NCBI GenBank assembly: GCA_030698625.1
Contig: JAUYMS010000046.1
Location: 56,348 to 120,347 of the forward strand
From: Candidatus Omnitrophota bacterium
GTDB lineage: Bacteria > Omnitrophota > Omnitrophia > Omnitrophales > Aquincolibacteriaceae
DNA: 64,000 nt
Direction of reading: 5' to 3'
Shown: positions 19,738 to 31,561 of the stretch, piece after piece
How the letters are laid out: each line of letters opens with the position of its first letter
Numbering within the stretch: position 1 is the stretch's first letter
The notes under the pieces: model-generated
What the model was told of the DNA's origin: nothing
Seen by the model: only the letters and a program-made list of their open reading frames with translations
Databases searched by the model: none
Translations under genes and position numbers: made by a program

Positions 19738-21333
19738 TTACTCTGCTTTGACTTTCTTTTCTTTCGGTTTTTCGGTGATGGCACACTCGGTTGTCAATAA
19801 CAGGCCGGCAATGCTGACCGCATTTTCAATCGCGGTACGCGCTACCTTGGCCGGATCAATAACACCTGCCTTCACCAAATCTTCGAACTTGCCCGTCTGA
19901 GCATTGAAACCGAAGCCGCCGCTCCCTTCCAGAATCTTACGCACGACAACGGAACCGTCAGAGCCTGCATTTTCTGCAATGCGGCGTGCGGGTTCCTGAA
20001 GCGCGCGGCGAATAATCTGAACGCCGGTTGCTTCGTCGCCTTTTAGCTTGAGCGTATCGACGGCTGCGATGGCACGTAGAAACACCACTCCACCACCAGC
20101 AACGACACCTTCCTGTATGGCCGCGCGGGTTGCATGCAGTGCATCTTCCATGCGAGCCTTCTTCTCCTTCATTTCAACTTCCGTCGCGGCACCGACTTTA
20201 ATCACGGCAACGCCGCCTGAAAGTTTGGCGAGACGCTCTTGCAGCTTTTCCTTGTCATACTCGGAATCCGAGTTGGCAATCTGGCCCTTGATCTGCTCAC
20301 AGCGGGCCTTGATGTCCTTCTGCGAACCGGCTCCGCCGACGATGGTCGTATTGTCCTTATCGATGACAACGCGCTGGGCCGTTCCGAGACTGTCGGTATC
20401 AACATTCTCGAGTTTGACGCCTAGATCTTCGGAGATGAACTTTCCTTTGGTGAGGACCGCAATGTCGTCCATCAACTGCTTGCGACGATCTCCGAATCCG
20501 GGGGCCTTGACGGCGGCAACGTTCAGCACGCCGCGAAGCTTATTGACGACCAAAGTCGCTAACGCTTCGCCCTCGAGATCCTCGGAAATAATCAGAAGCG
20601 GCTTAGCGAGACGGGCCACCTTCTCAAGAAGGGGAACCAGATCCCGAATGGCCGAAATCTTCTTTTCGAAGAGAAGGATGAGCGGTTCTTTGAGAACAAC
20701 TTCCATTCTCTCTGGGTCGGTCACAAAGTACGGTGAGCTGTAACCCCGATCGAACTCCATCCCTTCGACGTATTCCAGTTCTGTGTTCAGGGTCTTAGAC
20801 TCTTCAACGGTAATGACGCCGTCTTTTCCGACCTTTTCCAAAGCTTCGGCAAGGAGAGAACCAATGGTAGTGTCACTGTTGGCACTGATTGTTCCAATGG
20901 CTTGAATATCTTCCTTGCCCTTGATGTTCTTAGCAGACTTCTTGATGGACTCGACGACTATCAGCAGAGCCTTATCGAGACCGCGCTTCAGAGACATCGG
21001 GTTGGCGCCAGCCGAAACATTCTTCAGGCCTTCTTCGATAATGGCCTGTGCGAGAACGGTTGCGGTCGTAGTTCCGTCGCCGGCCTCGTCAGAGGTCTTT
21101 TCGGAAACCTCGCGAACCATTTGGGCACCCATATTCTCATAGGGGTCCTTTAGCTCGATTTCCTTGGCGACGGTGACGCCGTCTTTTGTTATGGTAGGCG
21201 CGCCGAACTTACGATCGATGACAACATTGCGCCCGCGCGGACCGAGTGTAATTCCTACGGTCTTCGCGAGCGTGTCGACACCGCGCTTAAGCTTACGGCG
21301 TGCGGACTCAGAAAATACTAATGTTTTTGCCAT
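19738..21333 (-). CDS. groEL: Chaperonin GroEL (second copy, no GGM tail)
   Basis: [37 protein letters not shown]. Confidence 0.97.
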   Translation of the reverse strand: MAKTLVFSESARRKLKRGVDTLAKTVGITLGPRGRNVVIDRKFGAPTITKDGVTVAKEIELKDPYENMGAQMVREVSEKTSDEAGDGTTTATVLAQAIIEEGLKNVSAGANPMSLKRGLDKALLIVVESIKKSAKNIKGKEDIQAIGTISANSDTTIGSLLAEALEKVGKDGVITVEESKTLNTELEYVEGMEFDRGYSSPYFVTDPERMEVVLKEPLILLFEKKISAIRDLVPLLEKVARLAKPLLIISEDLEGEALATLVVNKLRGVLNVAAVKAPGFGDRRKQLMDDIAVLTKGKFISEDLGVKLENVDTDSLGTAQRVVIDKDNTTIVGGAGSQKDIKARCEQIKGQIANSDSEYDKEKLQERLAKLSGGVAVIKVGAATEVEMKEKKARMEDALHATRAAIQEGVVAGGGVVFLRAIAAVDTLKLKGDEATGVQIIRRALQEPARRIAENAGSDGSVVVRKILEGSGGFGFNAQTGKFEDLVKAGVIDPAKVARTAIENAVSIAGLLLTTECAITEKPKEKKVKAE

Positions 21334-21368
21334 AATGTGTGGCTCCTTTAGAGATTAGTCGGCAACGA

Positions 21369-21656
21369 TTATGCGTAAACAGCTAGGACTTCGCTCTCTT
21401 TGAGGATCTTATACTTCTTCCCCTCAACGAGGAGCTCATCACCCGCATATTTGCCAAAAATGATGCGGTCACCGGACTTCACTTCTAAAGGCTGAATTTT
21501 GCCTGACTCAAGTGCCTTACCGGGACCCACGGAAACGACCTTACCTTCGGTCTTTTCTTCCTTGGCGGTGTCCGGGAGAATAATGCCTCCCTTGGTCTTT
21601 TCATCGGATTCCAAAACTTCTACGAGGATCTTATCCCCTAACGGCTTAATCTTCAT
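21369..21656 (-). CDS. groES: Co-chaperonin GroES
   Basis: IKPLGDKILV, TKGGIILPDTAKE, GKYAG. Confidence 0.97.
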   Translation of the reverse strand: MKIKPLGDKILVEVLESDEKTKGGIILPDTAKEEKTEGKVVSVGPGKALESGKIQPLEVKSGDRIIFGKYAGDELLVEGKKYKILKESEVLAVYA

Positions 21657-21713
21657 TTTTCACTCCTCCTATTAATTTAATTAAGGTAACTGGTTGAATT
21701 TATTTAGACGGTG

Positions 21714-23402
<1,689 letters not shown>

Positions 23403-23485
23403 TTATTACTGTAAATTGGCTTCTTGAAAAGAATGCTGAGATAAGCCCGACTGGAAATGGTGTTGCGGCCAGTTCTACAGAAGCA

Positions 23486-23512
23486 TTAGCACTCTCAGCC
23501 CTCGAGTGCCAG
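23486..23512. promoter_or_regulatory. CIRCE element (HrcA operator)
   Basis: TTAGCACTC-N9-GAGTGCCAG versus consensus TTAGCACTC-N9-GAGTGCTAA, upstream of groEL; minus-strand TTGATT-N16-TACAAT promoter candidate at 23520-23547. Confidence 0.9.
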
Positions 23513-23605
23513 ATGACGCATTGTAGTCGAATTGGCTGAAAAATCAAGAAATAATTTGGGATGGAGATTTTGGGTATTCCGTAAAAAGACGCGCCATTCG
23601 ATCAT

Positions 23606-24355
23606 TTAAGAACAGGCGCAATCCTTATAGATCATGAGGAGGGATTTGATTGAGTGTTTTGGGTCAAAGCGGTAGCGGCCCTTCATATAGGGAACCAAAT
23701 GCTGGGCATAGCCTCCGGTTAGAATGACCTTCAAATCTGTTCCCCTCTCGCTGCGGAATCGATCAATGATCCCCTCAGTCATAGCCGCAAATCCGTGCAG
23801 TACCCCAGACTGGAGACAGCCGTAGGTGTTTCGCGCTGTCAGGCTTGGTGCACGCCTTGGCAATGGCAGTGTCCGCGGCAAAAGGGCGGCTTTCTTGATG
23901 AGACTGTGGTAGGCAAGCTCGGGCCCCGGGATGATCATGCCGCCCTCAAAGACGCCCTTTTTTGAAACATAGTCCGCAGTAATGGCGGTGCCGAAGTCTA
24001 TTATGAGAAGCGGCGGCTTGTACATGCGGAGCGCCCCGTAGATATTGACCCTTCGATCCATACCTAAAGTCTTAAGTGGACGATACTTGTGAGGAAACAA
24101 CGGTTTGATGTCCTGACCCAACACCCAGATCTTCATGGGGCCTTTACTCCGCAGAGCTCTCTTTAAAAATAGCGTCATTTTTGGGACGACTGAACTTATT
24201 AAGCACTCACTATGCTCTGGCCTCCCACTTGACGACCATTTTTTTGATAGTTTTGGGATATCATCTTCAGTGGCTGAACCACTGGAAAGCATTCTCCCGC
24301 CATGGTAAACCCCATAGGTGACGGCTGTGTTTCCGATATCAAGGAGTATGGGCAT
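23606..24355 (-). CDS. coaX: Type III pantothenate kinase
   Basis: LDIGNT, LGMDR, IDFGTAIT, GGMIIPG, LTGG. Confidence 0.92.
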   Translation of the reverse strand: MPILLDIGNTAVTYGVYHGGRMLSSGSATEDDIPKLSKKWSSSGRPEHSECLISSVVPKMTLFLKRALRSKGPMKIWVLGQDIKPLFPHKYRPLKTLGMDRRVNIYGALRMYKPPLLIIDFGTAITADYVSKKGVFEGGMIIPGPELAYHSLIKKAALLPRTLPLPRRAPSLTARNTYGCLQSGVLHGFAAMTEGIIDRFRSERGTDLKVILTGGYAQHLVPYMKGRYRFDPKHSIKSLLMIYKDCACS

Positions 24356-24884
24356 AAAGAGGGGCTAGGTCTTCTCGCAGTTGGGACAGAATTCTCTTAA
24401 GAAGCGGCTGTATGCGGTATTGCTGACCTCGCTCCGCAAACATGGAAGTGCTCCTTTTCCTTAGTGATTGGGGTGCCGCGCCGACATTGAGGCCGATACC
24501 GATAACCGCGCTTTGAAGTTGTCCGGCGGATGACGAGGCCTCCACTAAGATACCGCAGATTTTCTTGCCCTTGATAAGCAGATCATTTGGGCGCTTCAAG
24601 GTGGGGTGAAGACGATAGTGCTTCTTCAGAATCTTGGCCACCGAGCGGCAGGCGATCTGCGTCAGCATCGGCGCCTTGGCGGCCGTGACCGGCGGGCGGA
24701 CCAATACTGAAAAGAGCAAATTCTCATTCCTTTTCGAATACCACTTGCGGCCGAATCGGCCGCGCCCGAATTTCTGATAATCGGCAACCACGACCGTTCC
24801 TTCCGGCCGTCCTTCCCGGGCGTACTGACTCACAAGGGTGTTTGTGGAATCAAGCGATTTGAAATGTTCAATTTTGAAACGCAT
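24339..24884 (-). CDS. birA: Biotin-protein ligase (short, no HTH)
   Basis: LDSTN, QKFGRGRFGRKW, KRPNDL...KKICGILVE, GIGLNV. Confidence 0.9.
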   Translation of the reverse strand: MRFKIEHFKSLDSTNTLVSQYAREGRPEGTVVVADYQKFGRGRFGRKWYSKRNENLLFSVLVRPPVTAAKAPMLTQIACRSVAKILKKHYRLHPTLKRPNDLLIKGKKICGILVEASSSAGQLQSAVIGIGLNVGAAPQSLRKRSTSMFAERGQQYRIQPLLKRILSQLREDLAPLYAHTP

Positions 24885-24899
24885 GTTATGTATGCTTTC

Positions 24900-26033
24900 C
24901 TACCCGTGGTATCTCGGAAGATGCGTTGCGAGGCGAGTGACGACTTCGTAAGGAATCGTATCTGCCCAGGAAGCCAGCTCTTCGACGCGGATGGAGTCGT
25001 CGCCATCCTCACCGATCAAGGTGACCGTGTCGCCGATTTGAACTGAGTGGTTTCCGAAATCTACGGCGAGATAGTCCATCGAAACGCGGCCGGCCAGGGG
25101 AAAACGCTTTCCGTCCAGAAGTACCGAGGCCCGGTTGGATGCCTTAAAAGGGTAGCCCTGACTGTAACCGAGCGGTACGAGCCCGATTGTGGTAGGTGTG
25201 GACGCGACAAAATCGCGCCCGTAACCGACTGTCTGCCCCGCCTTGGCGTGCTTGACCGATATGATTTTCGTCTTCAATGAAAGGATCCCGGAAAGCGCAA
25301 TGTCGCTCTCCAGCGAGGGGTCGGGATAAATACCGTACAGCATGAGACCCGGGCGGACCATATTAAAAATCGGGGAATGAACTTTGACACAACCGGCACT
25401 ATTGGCGCCGTGCCGATACTTGAAACGGATACCCTTGTGATCTAAGGCCTGCACGATCAACCCAAAATCGCGGACCTGCCTTTCAATAAATCCGTCCTCG
25501 CGTTCGGCTGTGGGGAAATGCGTGTAGATCCCCTCCAATTCGAGGGCGGGAAGGGCGGCAATGGCCTCGATGGCTTTGACGGCATCGCTGAAGGGGATTC
25601 CTAGTCGGCCCATGCCGGTATCCACCTTAATATGAATCGGACTGCGGCGCTTCAGGGCCTGCGACTGTTCCGAGATCTCCTTCGCCTCCTCCACGCTCGA
25701 AACCGTCAGTGTAATTCCTTCGGTCAGAGCCAGGGGGAGTTCGTCCTTGAGAATGCGCGAAAGAATGAAGACGGGAGATTCAAATTTGCTTTCTCTTAGT
25801 TTGAGGGCTTCTGCGAGCGAACTCACTCCGAAGTAGGCGACATTACCATCGAGAGCCCGCGCGATCTCGAGTATGCCGTGGCCATAGCCATTCGCCTTGA
25901 CGACGGCCATCACCTCGGTTGATGGCCTGCAGATTCGCCGGATCGCGTTTAGGTTTTTGATCAGGCGGTCCAGGCGGACTTCAATCCATGCACTGTGTTG
26001 AATTATCTGCTGAGACTCAGCCGTTCTTACCAC
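24900..26033 (-). CDS. alr: Alanine racemase
   Basis: AVVKANGYGHG, HIKVDTGMGRLG, GRVSMD, TIPYE. Confidence 0.95.
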   Translation of the reverse strand: MVRTAESQQIIQHSAWIEVRLDRLIKNLNAIRRICRPSTEVMAVVKANGYGHGILEIARALDGNVAYFGVSSLAEALKLRESKFESPVFILSRILKDELPLALTEGITLTVSSVEEAKEISEQSQALKRRSPIHIKVDTGMGRLGIPFSDAVKAIEAIAALPALELEGIYTHFPTAEREDGFIERQVRDFGLIVQALDHKGIRFKYRHGANSAGCVKVHSPIFNMVRPGLMLYGIYPDPSLESDIALSGILSLKTKIISVKHAKAGQTVGYGRDFVASTPTTIGLVPLGYSQGYPFKASNRASVLLDGKRFPLAGRVSMDYLAVDFGNHSVQIGDTVTLIGEDGDDSIRVEELASWADTIPYEVVTRLATHLPRYHG

Positions 26034-26736
26034 GAGATCGCTTTCTTTCGATGGGTTCCGGGTGTCTTATGTAAAAGGGCAAAAAATCCGCGGGCTTTCT
26101 CAGGCGCTTCAGCCGAGTCTTTTTATGCCCGAACCACTCGATCAAGGTTGAGGCCCGGGGGTACCAATAGGGCTCGGGGTAACACTCCGCAATATGTCCG
26201 TTACTGTGCTTCTCAACGACGTCCGCATAACGCCGCAGAGCATCCCCTGTGATACAGGATCCGGGAGGAAATTTTGCGATCATGTCCTGAGCGGCAACGG
26301 CTCCCGGCCGGCCTTTTGGTTCCCACTGACCTTTGTGTAAACGATAGAAACGGCCGTAAATCTGCTCTCGCCGCGCATCCAGGCAGACGCCCAGATCGGA
26401 AATTCTTTCACGGGGGATTCTGGCTGCAATCATATCCAAACTCAGAGCTCCATAGCAAGGCTTTTCCCGGGCGGCGAGAAATCCTTTAACGGCTGCGAAT
26501 GCAATCTTCAAACCTGTGAACGAACCGGGGCCGCGCCCGATCAAAAAGGCGTCAATATCGCCTATTTTGAGGGCGTTTTTGTTCAGCAGTTCGTCGATCA
26601 TGGGGAGCAGGTTTTTGGCGTGTTCCATAAAACCCTCCAGGCAGGTCTCAGAGGTCGTCTCGCTCCCTCTTTTGACGGCCACGCTCAGGACGGGGCTCGA
26701 GGTATCCATGGCTAGGAGGTTGGGTAGTGATTTCAT
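26017..26736 (-). CDS. tsaB: t6A biosynthesis protein TsaB
   Basis: LAMDTS, GPGSFTGLKI, DARREQIY. Confidence 0.92.
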   Translation of the reverse strand: MKSLPNLLAMDTSSPVLSVAVKRGSETTSETCLEGFMEHAKNLLPMIDELLNKNALKIGDIDAFLIGRGPGSFTGLKIAFAAVKGFLAAREKPCYGALSLDMIAARIPRERISDLGVCLDARREQIYGRFYRLHKGQWEPKGRPGAVAAQDMIAKFPPGSCITGDALRRYADVVEKHSNGHIAECYPEPYWYPRASTLIEWFGHKKTRLKRLRKPADFLPFYIRHPEPIERKRSRGKNG

Positions 26737-26790
26737 CGGTCGCTGTTCTCGAGTCTACAGCTTTTTTGAGGGCAGGCCGATATAATTCTT

Positions 26791-27150
26791 ATGTACCGCA
26801 AGTCCGACCTTAAGTTTTTCGCTACGTTTTCTATCATCGGTAATCTACTGATGCTGGCGGCTTTTCTGCTTATCATTATCTACCACTTCTATGTGGGAAA
26901 GGTTCTTTACCGTCAGCTGGCGATCTGTCTTCTGGTGGTATCGGTTTTCATGAAATTTCAGATTTTTATGCTCAAAATCTCAGTCTTGGAAATACGTCTC
27001 TCAAACCTCATTGAGGTCGGAGAGCGTCCCGGGAAAATCGCTTTCGGCTCCGGGATACTGGCGCTTATCCTCTATTCGATTCTCTTCTGGCTTACGTCGA
27101 TCGGCATCCTGCTGAGTCTCATGCCGGTAAACTGGTTTCAAGGCGGCTGA
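26791..27150 (+). CDS. Small integral membrane hypothetical protein (about 3 TM)
   Basis: Three hydrophobic segments; TATAAT just upstream. Confidence 0.55.
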   Translation: MYRKSDLKFFATFSIIGNLLMLAAFLLIIIYHFYVGKVLYRQLAICLLVVSVFMKFQIFMLKISVLEIRLSNLIEVGERPGKIAFGSGILALILYSILFWLTSIGILLSLMPVNWFQGG

Positions 27151-27955
27151 GCATCGCCTGAACCCGGGCGGCCTCGTCGTTCTTTCCGCGCTTCGTCGCG
27201 CCACGGATATAAATTGCAGCCTTATCTTCTAGTGTTTCCGCCGCGGCACGCCGCTGCTCCGGTGTAAGGACATTTGAATTCAGGATGTTCACGAGCGCAC
27301 GAATGCGGAATTGATCCATAGCTTGATAGGCCTGTGATTGCTGATCACTGTGGCCTCCGTAGCGGATGACATGCGGGGACTCGATCAAGCCCACCGGAAA
27401 GCGGGATGCGATTCTGAGCCACAGGTCATAGTCTTCGCAGGCCGGAAACGTTTCGTCGAAGAGGCCGACCTCATCAAATAAGTCGCGTGCCATCATCACC
27501 GCCGACGGGCTGATGATACATAAAGGCAGACACCTCTCAAATATTTGTCCGCCGTATTTGCGATGTTTGTCCATGGGATTGACCCGGCGGCCGTTACGAA
27601 TCCATATCTCTTCGCTCTGGCATATCCGATAGTCCGGACGGCCTTCAAAAAATGAAAGCTGTGTTCTTAGCTTACGGGGCATCCATTCGTCGTCGGAATC
27701 AAGAAAGGCGATCCATGCTCCCGAAGCCTGCCTGATTCCCGTGTTCCTGGCCGCTGCCGGCCCCTGATTTTTCTGCCGGACATAAGTCACCGAAGGAAAT
27801 TCCGCGGCAATCATGGTTTCTGTGCCGTCAGTTGATCCGTCGTCGACAACAATGAGTTCGAACGCAACGGATTCCTGAGCCAAAACCGTCTCTAAAGCCC
27901 TGCGGAGTCTGGGTTTCCTGTTCCAAGTAGGGATAATGACGCTGACTTCGATCAT
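27119..27955 (-). CDS. GT2 glycosyltransferase
   Basis: VSVIIPTWNR, VVDDGSTDGT, AFLDSDD, CEDYDLWLR. Confidence 0.9.
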   Translation of the reverse strand: MIEVSVIIPTWNRKPRLRRALETVLAQESVAFELIVVDDGSTDGTETMIAAEFPSVTYVRQKNQGPAAARNTGIRQASGAWIAFLDSDDEWMPRKLRTQLSFFEGRPDYRICQSEEIWIRNGRRVNPMDKHRKYGGQIFERCLPLCIISPSAVMMARDLFDEVGLFDETFPACEDYDLWLRIASRFPVGLIESPHVIRYGGHSDQQSQAYQAMDQFRIRALVNILNSNVLTPEQRRAAAETLEDKAAIYIRGATKRGKNDEAARVQAMLSRLETSLPA

Positions 27956-28031
27956 GAGAAGGGCCATTATAAGCGAGATCGACTTATTCTTCACGCTCAA
28001 AAACCTTGCGGGAAATGACGTTAGTTAAGGC

Positions 28032-29822
28032 ATGTTTGAGTTTGAGATTCAATCCAAGGAACTGCAGGCCTCAGACGTTCCCCCCGCCGTCCTGAGCAGT
28101 TTTACCTGTGAGGAGCCTTTTGAGAGGTCTATTCTTGCCTGGGGCGAACACTGCATCGAGTGCGCTATTCCTCAATGTTACAAAACCTGCGATCTTTATG
28201 AGGCCCGTTCCGATTTGAAGTGCCGGCGTTTCATCGACGGCATTGTGAAGATACGCATGCCGGCGAGTTATCAGGGCTATATTACGCGCATCACCTTTAA
28301 GACGTGGGGGGAACTCTGGTCTTTCGGTAATGCCCGTGTCTACAGCCGTGCGGGAGCAGTCGAGGCCGTCTATCGTTTTTTCGCGCGTGTCGCCAAACTG
28401 TTTCCTTCGGTTCTGGGCCTGGGCTATTGGAATGTGCCGCGTCTTTTCAGCAGCTTTTGTAAGGGAGTGGTTGACGCGATGCGCGCCCTTCCGATCGGGC
28501 GCGAAGCCGAATACTTCTTGATTCAAATCTACAATGAGGAAAGCCGCGTAGTGACTTATTCGCTGAAGATTACCAATGAACCCGAAGGCGGAAAGATCCC
28601 TTTCATGAAGCTCTTTGAAATCGATCCCGGCTATCATGAAGTTTTGGTCCATGTCAGTGAGATCTCCGAGAGGGTCGATCTGAAATCGCGGTTTAGCATC
28701 TATCTTGTTCCGAACATCGAAGACGGTCCTGTTACGGCCTATTTTTCTCTAGTCCATTTTGTGCGGTATGCGCGCGGCCGCCAGCACCCGTGTTCGGCAA
28801 AGAACGTTAAGTGTGTTGTTTGGGATCTTGATGATGTCCTGTGGGAAGGGATTCTTGCGGAAAGCGATATTTCCTCATTGAAGCTCCGCGACGGCATGCG
28901 CGATATTCTGCGGACACTCGATGAGAGGGGCGTTTTACAGAGTATCGCCAGTAAGAACCACCCGGATCTTGCCATGGAGGCCTTGAGGCATCTGGGCATT
29001 GACCACTATTTTCTCTATCCGCAGATCCACTGGCACCCTAAAAGCCGATCATTAAAAACTCTGCAGGAGCAACTGGGTCTCGGCATGGAGGCATTCGCCT
29101 TGCTGGACGACTCCCCATTCGAGCGTGCGGAGGTGAAACAGAATTGCCCGGGCGCGCTCACGATCGACGCGGTCAATTGTCAGAACCTGCTGGCATATCC
29201 TTGTTTCGGGGGAAGCCGTGACGAAGATTCGCGCCAGCGCCGATACTACTATCAGGTAGAGGCAAAGCGAAAGGAAGAACTTGAAAGCAAGTTCAAGGAT
29301 GAGTACTCGACATTTCTCAGGGGTTCCAAGATCACGCTGACACTCTCACATCCCGATTCGGAGAACGCCGACCGCATTCACGACCTCATTCAACGCACCA
29401 ATCAAATGAATTTTTCGCCCAACCGTTACAGCCGCGAAGAAGTCGCGCGCATTATTAAAAACCCGGATCTTGAAAAATGGGTGCTCTCGGCCGCCGACCG
29501 TTTCGGCGATTACGGCATTATCGGTTTTTCGGTGATTGATAAGAAGGCGGCTCATATCACGGATCTGCTGTTCAGCTGCAGAGTTCAAATGAAGAGAATC
29601 GAACACGCCTTCCTGTCACATGTCTTGGACAAGTATCGAAAGGCCGGCGCGAAGCATTTCAAAGTAACCTTTTACGAAACCAAGAGGAATAGCCACAATG
29701 CCAAGGTTTTTGATGACCTTGGCTTTGAACGGGTTGCCGCCGGCGACGGGGTGGATTCCTTTCAATTTCTCTTCGACCGGGGGATTCCCCGCGAAGATAT
29801 CGTCTCTGTTCTCGAACGATGA
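28032..29822 (+). CDS. FkbH-like HAD-IIIC protein with Cys-rich N-terminus
   Basis: KCVVWDLDDVLWEG, SIASKN, DDSPFER, RTNQMN, DRFGDYG, LFSCRV. Confidence 0.85.
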   Translation: MFEFEIQSKELQASDVPPAVLSSFTCEEPFERSILAWGEHCIECAIPQCYKTCDLYEARSDLKCRRFIDGIVKIRMPASYQGYITRITFKTWGELWSFGNARVYSRAGAVEAVYRFFARVAKLFPSVLGLGYWNVPRLFSSFCKGVVDAMRALPIGREAEYFLIQIYNEESRVVTYSLKITNEPEGGKIPFMKLFEIDPGYHEVLVHVSEISERVDLKSRFSIYLVPNIEDGPVTAYFSLVHFVRYARGRQHPCSAKNVKCVVWDLDDVLWEGILAESDISSLKLRDGMRDILRTLDERGVLQSIASKNHPDLAMEALRHLGIDHYFLYPQIHWHPKSRSLKTLQEQLGLGMEAFALLDDSPFERAEVKQNCPGALTIDAVNCQNLLAYPCFGGSRDEDSRQRRYYYQVEAKRKEELESKFKDEYSTFLRGSKITLTLSHPDSENADRIHDLIQRTNQMNFSPNRYSREEVARIIKNPDLEKWVLSAADRFGDYGIIGFSVIDKKAAHITDLLFSCRVQMKRIEHAFLSHVLDKYRKAGAKHFKVTFYETKRNSHNAKVFDDLGFERVAAGDGVDSFQFLFDRGIPREDIVSVLER

Positions 29823-30577
29823 TCCCGAAATTCATCAAAAGATCGTGGGTTTCGGCGCGCCAGGCAGTCAGCTGCAGGGTTCTGGCGAAAAGGGTAAACG
29901 TCAATCTCGCCGAACCGCTCGTAACATTCACCTTTGATGATGTTCCCGTTTCGGCTTTCGATGCGGCCGCGCCGATTCTGGAAAAGCATCACTTTAAAGG
30001 GACCTTTTACGTTTCTGGTGCGCTCGCCGAATCAACGGCGGGATTTATGGGGCGGCAACAGATCCGTTCGCTGATCAAACGCGGGCATGAAATCGGATGT
30101 CACACCTACAGTCATGTGAGGACCGGTTTTTCAACCCGGGCCCGGCTGGAGGCTGATCTCCGACGGAACGCCGACTACTTCGAAGAAAACTTCGCGGCGT
30201 ATCGATTATCGAGCTTTGCCTATCCGTTCGGTTCCATTGGGTTATGGAATAAGCCGGTATTGGCAAAACGGTTTCATTCGGCCCGGGGCAATGCCCCGGG
30301 AATTAATCTCGGGGCCACGGACCTTTACACGCTTGCCTCCCACCGCCTTTATTCCAACTTTATGAGTCCGGAATTTGCAGATCGCATTATTCGGGACGCC
30401 ATAGAAAAAAAGGCCTGGCTCATTTTCTATACCCATGATGTGCTGGAAAGCCCGACCCCTTACGGATGCACCCCGGCTCTTTTTACGCATGTCGTGAAGG
30501 CTGTTTCTGATTCCGGCGTGCGCGTCGTCACGATGAAAGAGGGGACCGATTTCATCAGCCCCTTAAGGAGTCGCTAG
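29819..30577 (+). CDS. Polysaccharide deacetylase
   Basis: TFTFDD, GHEIGCHTYSH, FAYPFG, FYTHDV. Confidence 0.88.
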   Translation: MIPKFIKRSWVSARQAVSCRVLAKRVNVNLAEPLVTFTFDDVPVSAFDAAAPILEKHHFKGTFYVSGALAESTAGFMGRQQIRSLIKRGHEIGCHTYSHVRTGFSTRARLEADLRRNADYFEENFAAYRLSSFAYPFGSIGLWNKPVLAKRFHSARGNAPGINLGATDLYTLASHRLYSNFMSPEFADRIIRDAIEKKAWLIFYTHDVLESPTPYGCTPALFTHVVKAVSDSGVRVVTMKEGTDFISPLRSR

Positions 30578-30578
30578 A

Positions 30579-31358
30579 GTGAATATGTCGTGGATTTGGA
30601 GAAAGGTGACGGCTCTGCCGGTCGGCCGTATTTGCCGCCGGCTGATGCAGCCCGGCATGATCCCCATTTTCATTTCAATGCCGCAGCCGAAGTCTGTGGC
30701 GGAGTCGTCGCAGGCCCTGTTTCCCGACGAAGGCGGCGAAACCATTTTGAATATGCGCAAGCAGCTCCTAGGGAATCAGAGTTTCTTTTCGGATCTTACG
30801 GCGACCATGCATAAAGTCGGGCAGTATCACGATATTCATGACGACTGGTTTCAGTTTCTCTACCTCGTAACGCGTCTTGCGAAACCGATGGTTGTCGTCG
30901 AGACCGGCGTCTTCGCGGGTCTTTCGACGGCTTTTATTTTGCAGGCGATCAAGGACAACGGACGCGGAAGACTCGTGTCCGTGGATCTTCCGGCCGAGAA
31001 TGTGATCGTGGGGTCTACGGACCGTATGCATGATTCCGCGCTTCCTCCCGGATGCGATCCCGGATGGATCGTTCCGCCGGCTCTGAAGGTGAATCACTCG
31101 CTGGTGGTCGGCAACAGTCAGGAAGTATTACCGCGGGTGTTCGAAAAGCACCGAGCCATCGACGTTTTCATCCATGACAGCCTGCACACCGCGGCGCATC
31201 AGAGTTTTGAGTACGCCATAGCTTGGTCCCGCCTCAGAGAGGGAGGAATTCTTCTCAGCGACGATATTTTCTGGAGTCCCGCCTTTCACGAATTCTGCCG
31301 CAAACACCGCAAGCCCTACCTCCATGTTGTGGAAGGTCGCGGTGCTGTTAGAAAGTAG
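30579..31358 (+). CDS. Class I SAM-dependent methyltransferase (Methyltransf_24-like)
   Basis: VVETGVFAGLST, FIHDSLH, GGILLSDD. Confidence 0.85.
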   Translation: MNMSWIWRKVTALPVGRICRRLMQPGMIPIFISMPQPKSVAESSQALFPDEGGETILNMRKQLLGNQSFFSDLTATMHKVGQYHDIHDDWFQFLYLVTRLAKPMVVVETGVFAGLSTAFILQAIKDNGRGRLVSVDLPAENVIVGSTDRMHDSALPPGCDPGWIVPPALKVNHSLVVGNSQEVLPRVFEKHRAIDVFIHDSLHTAAHQSFEYAIAWSRLREGGILLSDDIFWSPAFHEFCRKHRKPYLHVVEGRGAVRK

Positions 31359-31561
31359 TCCCTAGAGCCCCCAAGGTACGCTATTTATTACTATAATATT
31401 ACTACTTAATGATATAATTTGATTGATTATTATCTTGTTTAGTTTGTATTTTGTGTTATTGAGCGTGTATATTCTAAATATAGTTATCTAGTTAGCGTTA
31501 TACCACATTCCACAAAGGCACCGAAACTGGGCTAGAACAATCGGAGTCGGGGAGAAAACTC

